Shown: positions 19,476 through 29,375 of the stretch, in pieces
Layout of the letters: the number at the start of each line of letters is the position of its first letter
Numbering within the stretch: position 1 is the first letter of the stretch
Assembly: GCF_028368995.1 (NCBI RefSeq)
Contig: NZ_JAQNDL010000001.1
Span: 3,808,001 to 3,872,000, forward strand
Source of the DNA: Nannocystis bainbridge
GTDB taxonomy: Bacteria; Myxococcota_A; Polyangia; Nannocystales; Nannocystaceae
Length of the DNA stretch: 64,000 bases
Direction: 5' to 3'
Notes under the pieces: model-generated
Told to the model about the DNA's origin: nothing
The model's database searches: none
The model's input: the letters and a program-made list of their open reading frames with translations, nothing else
Program-made: the position numbers and the translations under genes

Positions 19476-20797
19476 AGTCCGCCACGCGTCGGGGCCTCTC
19501 GCGTCGCGCCTTGCTGGCGGGCGGCGCCGTCGCCGTCGGTCTGCCCTTCCTCGACGTCATGCGCCCGCCTGCGCGCGCGGCCGGGCCCGTGCGGCCGCGG
19601 CGGCTCCTCTGTTACTTCGTGCCCAACGGTGTGCGCGGCGACGCCTGGTTCCCCGCGTCCGACCCGGTGCTGCAGCTCTCGCCCTCGCTGGCCGCCCTCG
19701 CCCCGGTCAAGGAGCGCGTCATCGTCTTCTCCGGCCTCGCCAACGCCCCTGGTTTGCCCGAGCTGCCGGGCTCGCACGCCTCGGGCACGGCCGCCTTCCT
19801 CACCGCTCGCAAGGCGCGGCGCTCCGAGGTCGATCTGCACGTCGGCGTCTCGCTCGACCAGCGATACGCCGCCGCGATCGCCGGCGCCACCCCGCTCGAC
19901 TCGCTGCAGCTCGGGTGCGAGGGCGGCGGCTCCTTCGGCGCCTGCGACATCGGCTTCGCCTGCGCTTATCACCGATCGATCTCCTGGTCCTCGTCCACCA
20001 CCCCGCTGCCCAAGCTCACCTCGCCGCGGCTCGCCTTCGACCTCCTCCTCGCCGGCGACGATCCCGGCGCCAGCGCGGCCGCGCGGGCCCGGCGGCGGGC
20101 CCAGCGGCGCTCCGTGCTCGACGTCGTGCTCGCCGACATTCATGACCTCGAGGGCGACCTCGGCGTCGGCGATCGCGTCCGTCTGGACGCCTACCTCGCG
20201 GGCTTGCGCGCGCTCGAGCGCCAGGTCGACGCCCCCGCTGGCGCCTGTCCGGCCGCCAGCCCGCCCGGCGAGCCCGCCGATTTCCTCGCCCACCTCGACC
20301 TCATGAACGAGCTGATGGTGCTCGCGTTCGCCTGCGACCGCACGCGCGTCCTCACCTTCATGCTCGGCAACGCCGCCAGCAACCGCGCCTTCCCCTTCCT
20401 CGGCGTCGAGGGTGGCCACCACGACCTCTCGCATCACGCCGGCGACGCCAGCAAGATCGCCGGCCTGCGCCAGGTCGACGCCTGGCAAGCGGCCCAGTTC
20501 GCGCGCCTGCTGCAGCGGCTCGCCGACACCCCCGACGGCGACGGCGACCTGCTGCGCTCGACCATCGTCCTGCTCGGCAGCGACGTCGGCGACGGCAACA
20601 GCCACTCCCACCACGACCTGCCGGTCCTGCTGGCCGGCGGCGACGACCTGTGGGGTGGCGGCCGTCACCTGGCCTATGAGACAGGCACCCCGCTGGCGCG
20701 CCTCTACGTCTCGCTCCTCCAGGCCCTCGGCCTGCCCGACACCCGCTTCGGCGAGGACGGCGACGGCCCGTTGACCGGCCTGCGCCTCGACGCCTGA
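19472..20797 (+). CDS. DUF1552-family protein (Tat-like signal)
   Basis: SRRALL, LPFLD.M, YFVPNG, LAFACD.TRV, HH.LSHH; usual partner of DUF1592. Confidence 0.9.
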   Translation: MKSATRRGLSRRALLAGGAVAVGLPFLDVMRPPARAAGPVRPRRLLCYFVPNGVRGDAWFPASDPVLQLSPSLAALAPVKERVIVFSGLANAPGLPELPGSHASGTAAFLTARKARRSEVDLHVGVSLDQRYAAAIAGATPLDSLQLGCEGGGSFGACDIGFACAYHRSISWSSSTTPLPKLTSPRLAFDLLLAGDDPGASAAARARRRAQRRSVLDVVLADIHDLEGDLGVGDRVRLDAYLAGLRALERQVDAPAGACPAASPPGEPADFLAHLDLMNELMVLAFACDRTRVLTFMLGNAASNRAFPFLGVEGGHHDLSHHAGDASKIAGLRQVDAWQAAQFARLLQRLADTPDGDGDLLRSTIVLLGSDVGDGNSHSHHDLPVLLAGGDDLWGGGRHLAYETGTPLARLYVSLLQALGLPDTRFGEDGDGPLTGLRLDA

Positions 20798-20811
20798 CGG
20801 GTTCGCCAGGA

Positions 20812-20857
20812 GATGTGTCCACAGAACATGTCCTCGAGGACATGTCTACTGGGACAC
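20812..20857. repeat. 14-bp-phased GGACATGTCC array
   Basis: ACATGT at 20826 and 20840, ACA at 20854. Confidence 0.8.
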
Positions 20858-21014
20858 CAAATAAGACAACCTCCGGAGTCGCGCCCACGACCTCGACGGC
20901 TGCGCTCACAAACACCAACCTCATGACCTACGGAGTCGCCCTCGACCTCGACGGTCACCTCCTAAGACACCGACCCGACGCTCTCCGGGACGCCACCCCC
21001 CTCGGCGCCTGCGC

Positions 21015-23348
21015 TCACGGCTTCGTCTGCTTCACGGCCTTCTTCTTCTTCGGCCCCTGCTTCTCCGCCAGCAGCGAGTCCATCCTCGCTGGCGGCACCA
21101 CCAGCCACCAGCGCTGCTCCACCTCGTCGAGCAGCACCAGCCCTTCCTTCGAGGAGTAGCCCAGCGACACCTTGAAGTCGCCTTGCTCGACCACCCCCCA
21201 GCGACCGAGCGGTACCCGCCCGCGGAACTCGTTCGCCTCTTCCTCGCGCTTCGCGGTCGCGAACTCCTCGCGCGTCACCGCCACGTCGCCGTGGCCCGCC
21301 TCCGCCAGCGCCACCAGCCACGCGCGCGCCTGCAGCCGCAGGCTCGAGGTGCCCGCACCTGCGGCCACGCTCGCGAACAGCTCCGGCAGGCCCTCGAGGC
21401 TCTGCATGCGGAACGCCAGCGCCCCCGCGTTGAGGCGGGCGGCCAGCTCGTCCCCGTCGGCCGCCGCCGCGCGCTCGAGGATCGTCATCGCCGCCGGCAG
21501 GTCGCCCGAGAAGGCCACCACCAGCGCCGCGTTGTTCAGCGCCAGCGCCCGATCTTTCCCGGTCTTGCGCTCGGCCAGCGCCGTGAACCCGTCGAACGCT
21601 CGCTGCAGCAACGCCTTCTCGCCCTCGCGGCCCGCGATCGCGTCCACCGTCGCGTTGAAGAACGCCGCCGCGTCGGCATCGACCCCGCTCGGCAGGCTCT
21701 TCACCGACTTCACCGCCGTCAGCAGCAGCTCCTCGTCCTCCCACGCCAGCGCCCCCGCCAGCTGCGCGCGGGCCTGCTGCAGCCGCAGATCCGGATCCTC
21801 CTGCAGCGTCGCCGGCAGCGGCGCGCTCGCCAGCAGCCGGACCTTGCGCGGATCGGCGAGCAGCCGCGTGCTCGAGAACACCAGCCGCCACGCGTCGCGC
21901 GACTCCGGGAACTTGCGCGTCAGCGCCAGCGCCTGCTCGGGCAGCTTGCGCAGCAGCGCCAGCGCCGGCGCGCGCTGCTTGGCCACGAACTTCGGCATCG
22001 CCTCGCGCGTCAGCGTGAACAACAGCTCGAGCACCGCCGCGCGCGCCGGGTCGTGAGCGCGGAAGCCGTGGACCAGCGCCATCAGCTCCGCCAGCTGCGC
22101 GTCGAGGTTCGGCGGCGGTGCCTCGGGCGCGCGCGTCATCTGGGTGGCGAGCTCGCCGATCATCACCAGCGGCACCGTACCGAGCGCGACCTCGTAGTAG
22201 AGCCGGTCGTGATTGGCCAGCTCGCGGGCCGCGCGGACGTGGCGGGTCGCGATCGCCAGATCGAAGTTGCGCTGCAGCGCCACCACTGCCAGCCCCGTCA
22301 GCGGGCGCGCGTCGCTCGGGTGCGCCGTCGCCATCGCCTTGAACGTCGCCTCCGCGTCGCCCAGGCGGTTCAGCTTCAGCAGCAGGTGCCCGCGCTCGAG
22401 CTGCAGCGTCAGCTCTGGCGTTTGCCCGATCTCCGCCACGCGTCGCACCAGCGTCGCTGTCGCGTCGAGATCCGCCAGTCGCTTGGCGAACGCCGCCGCC
22501 TTGGCCTCGCCGGCCTCCTCGGGCCCGCGCGCCGCCGCCAGCGCGCGCGCCTCCTCGGCGCACGCGAGGTCGAGCGCCGTCAGGCACGACCCCGTCAGCT
22601 CCGCGTAGTCGCCCCCGGTCGCGCGCGCGCCCTTGCGCTGCACCGCCAGCCGGCGCAGCGCCACCGCCTCCGCGAACTGTTCGGCCTCTCGCTTCGCCTG
22701 GCTCGCGCGCACCAGCACCTCCGGCACCGTCGGGTGACGCGGGTGCTCGCGCAGCAGTCGCGCCGTCACGTGCATGTGCAGCGAAGGCGCCCGCTCGACC
22801 GCCCGGCCCGCCGCCGCCAGCGCCTCCTCGATCTGCTGCGCCTCGAGCTGGGCCTCCTTGCGCGCCGTAGCGATCGCCAGCTCGAGCAGCTGACCGAACA
22901 GCGCGCTGCGCTGGAACAGCCGCAGGCTGTCGACCACCCCGTACGCCTTCGTCAGCGCCGCCAGCAGCTCTGGATCGTCGCTGCCGGCCACCACCGCGCG
23001 CTCCGCCAGGATCAGCCCGCGCGCGAACAGCAGCGCCGTCTGCATCATCGATCCGGCGTCGCGCGTATCGAGCTTGTCCCACGCCGCGATCGCCTCGCGC
23101 GCCTCGGCGATCCGCTTCGGCGACTTCGGGTCGCCGGTCAGCGACGACTCGACCCTGGCCTTGAGCCACGGCGGCAGCACCTCGTGCAGCGGCGGCTGCG
23201 GCCCCGGGTCGAGCTTCGCGGCCACCGCCTCGAGCTCCGGGTCGCCCGCCTGCGCCGGCGCCGTCGCGCGCGCCTCGGGCTTCGTCGTCGCCGTGGAGGC
23301 CGGCCTGCACCCGGCCGCGAAAATCACCACGAGCGCGAGTCGTCGCAT
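21015..23348 (-). CDS. TPR-like lipoprotein
   Basis: MRRLALVVIFAAGC lipobox; Ala/Leu-rich helical repeats. Confidence 0.75.
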   Translation of the reverse strand: MRRLALVVIFAAGCRPASTATTKPEARATAPAQAGDPELEAVAAKLDPGPQPPLHEVLPPWLKARVESSLTGDPKSPKRIAEAREAIAAWDKLDTRDAGSMMQTALLFARGLILAERAVVAGSDDPELLAALTKAYGVVDSLRLFQRSALFGQLLELAIATARKEAQLEAQQIEEALAAAGRAVERAPSLHMHVTARLLREHPRHPTVPEVLVRASQAKREAEQFAEAVALRRLAVQRKGARATGGDYAELTGSCLTALDLACAEEARALAAARGPEEAGEAKAAAFAKRLADLDATATLVRRVAEIGQTPELTLQLERGHLLLKLNRLGDAEATFKAMATAHPSDARPLTGLAVVALQRNFDLAIATRHVRAARELANHDRLYYEVALGTVPLVMIGELATQMTRAPEAPPPNLDAQLAELMALVHGFRAHDPARAAVLELLFTLTREAMPKFVAKQRAPALALLRKLPEQALALTRKFPESRDAWRLVFSSTRLLADPRKVRLLASAPLPATLQEDPDLRLQQARAQLAGALAWEDEELLLTAVKSVKSLPSGVDADAAAFFNATVDAIAGREGEKALLQRAFDGFTALAERKTGKDRALALNNAALVVAFSGDLPAAMTILERAAAADGDELAARLNAGALAFRMQSLEGLPELFASVAAGAGTSSLRLQARAWLVALAEAGHGDVAVTREEFATAKREEEANEFRGRVPLGRWGVVEQGDFKVSLGYSSKEGLVLLDEVEQRWWLVVPPARMDSLLAEKQGPKKKKAVKQTKP

Positions 23349-23359
23349 CGGCCGCCAGC

Positions 23360-24550
23360 TTACCGCGAGCCGCGCAGCGCCGTCTCGACCGCCGGATCGC
23401 GCCAGCCGACCGCCAGCCACAGCGCGGCCGCGAGCGCGAACGCGGCCGCGAGCGCGAAGGCCCACTGCAGCCCGAACTCTGCCGCGTGGCCGGCCGCGCC
23501 CGAGCCGACGAACCGCGCCGCCCCGTAGCACAGCGCCGCGTACAGCCCCTGCACCGAGTTGCGGAAGTCCGGCGTCGCCTTGTGGTCGAGCACCATCGGC
23601 GGCAGCAGATACAGGCTCATCACCACCGGCCCGTGCAGCACCTGCGTCGCCAGCACCGTCGTCGGCGTCGCCTCCACCGCCAGCAGCGCCATCCTCACCG
23701 TCATGCACCCCGCCCCGAACAGCATCAACGAGCGCACGCTCGTGCGGCGCAGGATCGCCGGCGCCAAAAAGATCCACGGCAGCTCGAACAGCACCCCGAG
23801 GTTCGACACCAGACCCACCCACGACGGATCGATCCCCACCTCGACCACCAGCCGCGGGTAGAACGCATAGAACACGCTGATCGACGCGAACAGCAGCACC
23901 AGCGGCCCGACCAGCGCGAACGTCGGCGGCCGGCGCAGCTCGGCCCACGCCGCCGCCGTCGGCACCGCCGTCGCGCTGCGTGGCTCCGGCACCACCCGCG
24001 GCAGCAGCGGCGCGCACAGCACCGCCAGCGCCGCCGCGGCCGCGCCCGTCAGCATCGCCGCGCGCCCGCCCGCGAGGCCCGAGTGCATCAACGCGAACAG
24101 CACGAACGCCGGCGCCATGAAGCCGAGGCTGCCCCACACCCGCAGCGCCCCGTAGTTCGGCGGTGTCGCGCCCGAAGTGCGCGCGCGCGCCATCTCGGTG
24201 AACGCCAGCGCGTCGAGCAGCGGCGTCATTGGCGTATAGGCCAGCCCGAACGCCGCCGACAGCAGCAGCGCCGCCGCGAACTCCTCGGCCCACGCGAACG
24301 CCAGCAGCACCGCGCACGACAGCGCGTAACCGACGGCCACCAGCGTGCGCCCCGGGACCTTGCGGTCGGCGAGGGCCGCCACTGCCGGCGGCGCGACCAG
24401 GACGGCGAGCCCGTAAGCCCCGGTGATCCAGCCGATCTGGCTGTCCGGTAACTTCAGGTCATGTCCCAAGAATACTGGCACATAGGGCAGGTACGCCCCG
24501 ACCACCGCATACAGCAGGAAGTAGTGGAGCTTGAAGCCCGCCGTGCGCAT
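23360..24550 (-). CDS. MFS transporter (nucleoside:H+ symporter-like)
   Basis: Many TM helices; YGALRVWGSLGF, TQVLHG. Confidence 0.88.
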   Translation of the reverse strand: MRTAGFKLHYFLLYAVVGAYLPYVPVFLGHDLKLPDSQIGWITGAYGLAVLVAPPAVAALADRKVPGRTLVAVGYALSCAVLLAFAWAEEFAAALLLSAAFGLAYTPMTPLLDALAFTEMARARTSGATPPNYGALRVWGSLGFMAPAFVLFALMHSGLAGGRAAMLTGAAAAALAVLCAPLLPRVVPEPRSATAVPTAAAWAELRRPPTFALVGPLVLLFASISVFYAFYPRLVVEVGIDPSWVGLVSNLGVLFELPWIFLAPAILRRTSVRSLMLFGAGCMTVRMALLAVEATPTTVLATQVLHGPVVMSLYLLPPMVLDHKATPDFRNSVQGLYAALCYGAARFVGSGAAGHAAEFGLQWAFALAAAFALAAALWLAVGWRDPAVETALRGSR

Positions 24551-24555
24551 GCGGC

Positions 24556-25092
24556 TCAGCGGAACACGTGCTCGCGGTAGAACCGGAGCTCGGCGATCGA
24601 CTCGCGGATGTCGTCGAGCGCGCGGTGGGTCTCGCGCTTGGTCGGCGCGCTGACGGTCGGGTACCAGCGGCGGACCAGCTCCTTGATCGACGACACGTCG
24701 ATGTTGCGGTAGCTGAGGTGGCCGGTGAGCGCCGGCATGTAGCGGATCAGGAACCGGCGGTCGTGGCCGATCGAGTTGCCGCACAGCGGCGACTTGCCGG
24801 CCGGGCAGTGGCGGCGGACCAGCTCGAGCACCTGCGCCTCGGCCTCGGCCAGCGACACCGGCGACGCCTTGACCGCCGCCGTCAGCCCGCTGTTGCCGTG
24901 CTGGCGCGTGCACCACTCGTCCATCGCGTCGAGCACCGCGTCGGGCTGGTGGACCACCAGGTCGGGGCCCTCGGCGACGACGTTGAGGTCGCCGTCGGTG
25001 ATGATCGCCGCGATCTCGAGGATCTGGCAGTGGTCGGGGTCGAGGCCCGACATCTCGAGGTCGATCCACACGAGCGGCGGCGCGGCGTCCAT
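24556..25092 (-). CDS. orn: Oligoribonuclease
   Basis: LVWIDLEMSGLD, LCGNSI..DRRFL, YRNIDVSS.KEL, HRALDDIRESIAEL. Confidence 0.97.
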   Translation of the reverse strand: MDAAPPLVWIDLEMSGLDPDHCQILEIAAIITDGDLNVVAEGPDLVVHQPDAVLDAMDEWCTRQHGNSGLTAAVKASPVSLAEAEAQVLELVRRHCPAGKSPLCGNSIGHDRRFLIRYMPALTGHLSYRNIDVSSIKELVRRWYPTVSAPTKRETHRALDDIRESIAELRFYREHVFR

Positions 25093-25107
25093 GGCCGCGC
25101 GATCCTA

Positions 25108-26850
25108 CTACGGCTCTTGCAGCGCCGCGAGCACCTGACCGATCTCCGTCAGCTCCGGATCGCCGGGCAGCGCCTTCTTCGCCGCCTCGAGTCGCTCCCA
25201 CGCGCGGTCGATCGCGCCGACGTCGCCGGCGTCGTACTGGATCGTGCGCAGCGCCGCCGCGTAGGCCAGCACCGCCTCGCCCTTCTCCAGCCAGCCCGTC
25301 TCGCCGGACAACAGCTGGGTCAGCTTCCACTCGGCGCTGGTCTGCTTGGCCTCGCCCGTGAGCGCGTCGACCCAGAGGATCTCGACCTGCACCACCCCTT
25401 GCGGGTCGAGCTCGTCGACGCACGGCCGCAGGCGGCGGTGGATCACCGAGTTGTCGGTCGGCGCCGCGGTCACGTGGTCCTGGCCGAGCACCTGCGCCTC
25501 GTCCGGCACGTCGGCCACCAGCTCGAGGCCCGGCGGCAGCGTCACGCGGACATCGACCGCCGAGGCCGTCAACCCGACCAGGCTGAGGAAGCGCTGGCCG
25601 AGCTGGGTCTCGGCCGCGCCGCCGCTGCCGACGTAGATCGAAGGGCCCGCGCCGGCCACCCCGATCGCGTCGATGAGGCCGCTGCGGTAGAGGCCCGGGT
25701 CGCCGACGCCGACGCCGATCGCGTGCACGCCGGTCTTGTTGGCGACGTCGCCGGCCCGCTTGGCCATCTGCTCGAGGTCGTCCTGGGTCGCGGTCGCGCC
25801 GCCGTCGCTGACGAGGATCAGGCGGTTGATGTCCTTCGGGACATACGCCTTGTCGGCCTGCGCGTAGCCGGCGGTCAGCGCCTGCGTCAGCTCGGCCGAG
25901 CCGCCGACGGTGAACCCGTCGATCGCCGCCAGCAGCTCCTTGTCGTGCGGGCCGGACACCATCTTCACCGGCAAGAGCGGCGCGTCGGCCTCGTTCCAGC
26001 TGACCACCGCCACCGTGTCGCCCGCGCGCAGCTTGCCGGCCAGCACGTGGCCGGACTGCTTCAGCAGCTCCAGCGCCTTGCCCTCCATCGAGCCCGAGTT
26101 GTCGAGCGCCAGCGTCAGGTGGACCGGCGGGCGGTCGGCCTCGGCCAGCTCGGGGCCGCGGATCGCCACCTGCAGCTCGTAGAGGTCGCCGAGGTCATCC
26201 TGGCTCGCGCGCAGCTGCGCCCCCGCGAGCAGCTGCCCCGGCGACGCCGCCGGATAGGCGAACGTGTAGTAGTTGAGGAATTCCCACGGGCGGATCGACA
26301 CGCTCGTCAGCGACGGCCACTGCCCGAGCATCGCCTCGCGCGCGTGGGCCGGCGACGACATCGCGTCGGGGTCGCGCGCCGCCAGCCGCCACCCCGTGGT
26401 CTGGTCACCCGCGCACACCACGTCTTCGGGGACGTTCTGCGGGTCCTTCTCGTCGATCGGAGCCGGCTCGTCCGAGGGCGGCGCTGGCAGCTCGCTGGTG
26501 CCCGAGGTCGAAGCGCCGCCGGTCTCGTCGTTGCCGGTGGTGACCGCCCCGTCGGACGCCGCCGTCGTGCCCTCGCCGCTCGATTCGCCCTGCGAGGCCG
26601 ACAGCCCGGAGGCGAAGCCACCGAAGCCGTCGGTGTCGGTGTCGCCGTCCTGAGCGCCGCCGACGTTGGCCGCCGACGAGCACCCGGCCGCCAGCACCGT
26701 CAGCGCCAGGCTCCACGGCCCCAGCAGCGCGCCGGGGTGGGACCACCGGGGCCGCGCGCGCGGCTCGTTTTCGGGGCGAACTGCGTCCGCGGGGCTGGCG
26801 GCAGCAGGGGTTGACGGACACACGGGGGGGGACCCGCGAAGAGAGGACAT
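25108..26850 (-). CDS. VWA-domain lipoprotein (YfbK-like)
   Basis: LAAGC lipobox, IRPWEFLNY, LDNSGSM MIDAS, NRLILVSDG. Confidence 0.85.
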   Translation of the reverse strand: MSSLRGSPPVCPSTPAAASPADAVRPENEPRARPRWSHPGALLGPWSLALTVLAAGCSSAANVGGAQDGDTDTDGFGGFASGLSASQGESSGEGTTAASDGAVTTGNDETGGASTSGTSELPAPPSDEPAPIDEKDPQNVPEDVVCAGDQTTGWRLAARDPDAMSSPAHAREAMLGQWPSLTSVSIRPWEFLNYYTFAYPAASPGQLLAGAQLRASQDDLGDLYELQVAIRGPELAEADRPPVHLTLALDNSGSMEGKALELLKQSGHVLAGKLRAGDTVAVVSWNEADAPLLPVKMVSGPHDKELLAAIDGFTVGGSAELTQALTAGYAQADKAYVPKDINRLILVSDGGATATQDDLEQMAKRAGDVANKTGVHAIGVGVGDPGLYRSGLIDAIGVAGAGPSIYVGSGGAAETQLGQRFLSLVGLTASAVDVRVTLPPGLELVADVPDEAQVLGQDHVTAAPTDNSVIHRRLRPCVDELDPQGVVQVEILWVDALTGEAKQTSAEWKLTQLLSGETGWLEKGEAVLAYAAALRTIQYDAGDVGAIDRAWERLEAAKKALPGDPELTEIGQVLAALQEP

Positions 26851-27051
26851 GGCGACCTCAGACAAGGAGTAATTCAGTGGGTCGGGCCGAAGCCCGCGGC
26901 CTGGAGGCCCGCCCGAAGCCCGCACGGGGCCCGGAGCGCAAAGTCGGGACGCAAGAGGCCGAACTCGGCCCGACATCAGTATATCGGGCCTCGCCGCGGC
27001 GCGCCAACCGGCGGCGGCGACCGGGCCCTCCCCGGCGAGCGCAGACCGGCG

Positions 27052-28338
27052 TCAAGTCGCGGGCGGCCCGAGCACCCGGTCGAGGGCGGCGCGGATCCAT
27101 GCGATGTGATCGTAGTCGGAGCGGCCGCTGATGGCCTGCGGCGCCACGACCCGCGCCACCACGTGGCCGGGGGAGTCATGCGCTTCGGCCGGGCGCTCCA
27201 CGAGGTGGATCTCCACCTCCTCCGGACACCCGCTGCACCGCGGCAACGCTACCTGACCGCCGTAAGCGTCGACGCAGTCGCGATAGTGCAGCCCGATGAC
27301 CTCCGGGGCTTCGACGGCGAAGCCCGAGCGGTCGAATTCCCCCAGCCGCACCATCACCAGGCCGAGCCCGTGCAGGAAGTATGTCGCCTGCTGCAGCGCC
27401 GGCAGGTCGCGCACCAGCCCGTCGAGCTCGAGGTCGACGCTGCCGAAGCGCCGCATCCCGCGGGTCGTGAGGCGCACCGCTTCGGGCTGGCGCGGGTCGA
27501 CGAACGGGACCACCGCCACCTGGTCGGCGACGTTGCCGAGGCTGGCCTGCAGCCGGCGCGCAGCGAACGCCGCCGGCCCGAAGGTCTCGAGCGTGTCGGG
27601 GTCGTGCACCAGCGCGCCGGTGTCGGCCGCCACCGCCCGCACCAGCGCCTGCAGCAGGCGCAGCCCGCGGACCGCGTTCTGGTTGCGGTAGAGCGCGCGC
27701 ACCATCACCAGCTGGGTGCGCTCGGGCAGGCTGGCCCGCTCCTCGGGCTCGAGCGCCCGCGTCAGCTCGGGGTCGGCCAGCAGCTTGGGCTCGACCGCCG
27801 CGGCCGGCAGCGCGTCGATCTCGAGGCCCAGCAGGTCGGACGTGGCCCACACCCGGGCCGCCGCCTCGGGGTCGAGCGGCGGCTCGTCGGCCCTGGCCTG
27901 CGGGGCAGCCTGCCCCGGCCCGTGCAGCGCGCTCAGGTCCGCGCGCGGCGGCGTCGCCACCAGGTCGAGCAGCAGCTCGACCTCCGGGTCGCCCACGCTC
28001 TCGGCGAACATCCGGCGCACGATCGCCTGCAGCTCCTCGCGCGTCGGGGCCGGCCCGGGCGGTCCGGGTAGCAGCAGCACGTACCCGAAGGAGATCCGGT
28101 CGGCGAACACCACCCGGTGGGCGGCGGCCTCGGCCCGGCGCGCCTCCTCGGCCGCCAGCTCCGCGGGCGTCGGCTCGGGCGGCGGCGCCTCCTTCGTCGG
28201 GCTCGGCGCCGGCTGCTCGGGCGCCGTCGCGCTCGGCCGCGCCTGCTCGGCCGGGCGCCCGCAGGCCAGCCCGTACACCAGGACATGTCCCAACAGACAT
28301 GTCCGATTAAGCATTGTCCTTCGAGCCATGTCCTTCAT
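27052..28338 (-). CDS. Hypothetical lipoprotein
   Basis: GLAC lipobox, Pro-rich linker, TTRGMRRFG..DLE; start uncertain because it lies in a repeat array. Confidence 0.7.
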   Translation of the reverse strand: MKDMARRTMLNRTCLLGHVLVYGLACGRPAEQARPSATAPEQPAPSPTKEAPPPEPTPAELAAEEARRAEAAAHRVVFADRISFGYVLLLPGPPGPAPTREELQAIVRRMFAESVGDPEVELLLDLVATPPRADLSALHGPGQAAPQARADEPPLDPEAAARVWATSDLLGLEIDALPAAAVEPKLLADPELTRALEPEERASLPERTQLVMVRALYRNQNAVRGLRLLQALVRAVAADTGALVHDPDTLETFGPAAFAARRLQASLGNVADQVAVVPFVDPRQPEAVRLTTRGMRRFGSVDLELDGLVRDLPALQQATYFLHGLGLVMVRLGEFDRSGFAVEAPEVIGLHYRDCVDAYGGQVALPRCSGCPEEVEIHLVERPAEAHDSPGHVVARVVAPQAISGRSDYDHIAWIRAALDRVLGPPAT

Positions 28339-28347
28339 GACCTGTCC
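28281..28347. repeat. 14-bp-phased TGTCC array (5 units)
   Basis: TGTCC at 28286, 28300, 28315, 28329, 28343. Confidence 0.85.
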
Positions 28348-28353
28348 CGAAGT

Positions 28354-29325
28354 TCACACCGATCCCGCGTGGCGGGTCAGCAGCGCCGCGACCCGATCGG
28401 GCTCGACGTTGCCGCCCGACAGCAAGATCCCGACCCGACGCCCGCGCAGCGCCCCCGACAGCGTCGCCGCCACCGCGGCCGCGCCCGACGGCTCGACCAG
28501 CACCTTGGCGTGCAGCAGCACCGCCACCAGCGCTCGCCCGAGCGCCTCGTCGTCGACCTCGAAGCTGCCGCGGACCACCCGGCGGGCGATCTCGAAGTTG
28601 TGCGCGCCGACGCGGACCGGCTTCAGCCCGTCGGCCAGGGTCGGCCCCGGCGGCACGCCCACGCGCTCGCCGGCGGCCAGGCTCCGGGCCAGCGCGTTGC
28701 AGGTCCCGGGCTCGGCGCCGTAGACCGCGATGTCGGCCGCCTCGGCGACCAGGCAGGCCCCGGCGATCAGGCCCCCGCCGCCGACCGGCGCCACGATCGC
28801 GTCGAGCTTCGACCCGTGGGCCGCGACCTCCTCGACCAGCTCGAGGGTCGCCGTGCCCTGGCCGGCGATGACGTCGGGGTCGTCGAACGGCTCGACGATC
28901 GCCCCGCCGGTCCGCGCCTGGACCGCGAGCGCCGCCGCGCGCCGCTCCTCCGAAGTCGTCCCGGCGAACACGATCTCGGCCCCGAGCGCGCGCACGCCCG
29001 CGACCTTGACCGCCGGCGCGTCGGTCGGCATGGCGATCGTCGCCGGCACCCCGAACTCGCGCGCTGCCAGGGCCACCGCCTGCGCGTGGTTGCCGGAGCT
29101 GTAGGTGATCACGCCGCGGTCGCGGGCCGCCGGGCTCAGGCGCCCGACCGCGTGCAACGCCCCGCGCGCCTTGAACGCCCCGACCCGCTGCAGGCACTCG
29201 GCCTTGAGCCACAGCTCGGCCCCGGCCAGCGCGTCGAGGGCCGGCGAGCGGAGCACCGGTGTCCTCACGACCTTCCCGGCGAGGCGCTCGGCCGCGGCGC
29301 GCACGTCATCGACGGACATCGTCAC
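28354..29325 (-). CDS. PLP-dependent threonine/serine dehydratase (or serine racemase-like)
   Basis: [43 protein letters not shown]. Confidence 0.92.
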   Translation of the reverse strand: MTMSVDDVRAAAERLAGKVVRTPVLRSPALDALAGAELWLKAECLQRVGAFKARGALHAVGRLSPAARDRGVITYSSGNHAQAVALAAREFGVPATIAMPTDAPAVKVAGVRALGAEIVFAGTTSEERRAAALAVQARTGGAIVEPFDDPDVIAGQGTATLELVEEVAAHGSKLDAIVAPVGGGGLIAGACLVAEAADIAVYGAEPGTCNALARSLAAGERVGVPPGPTLADGLKPVRVGAHNFEIARRVVRGSFEVDDEALGRALVAVLLHAKVLVEPSGAAAVAATLSGALRGRRVGILLSGGNVEPDRVAALLTRHAGSV

Positions 29326-29375
29326 GCACGCCAGGCTACACCCGCGGCCGCGGCTTTGGTACGACTCTCCCGCTC

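Noticed and set aside
24556-25092. orn as part of the Ro60/Y RNA system
   Set aside because: About 21 kb away in an unrelated operon
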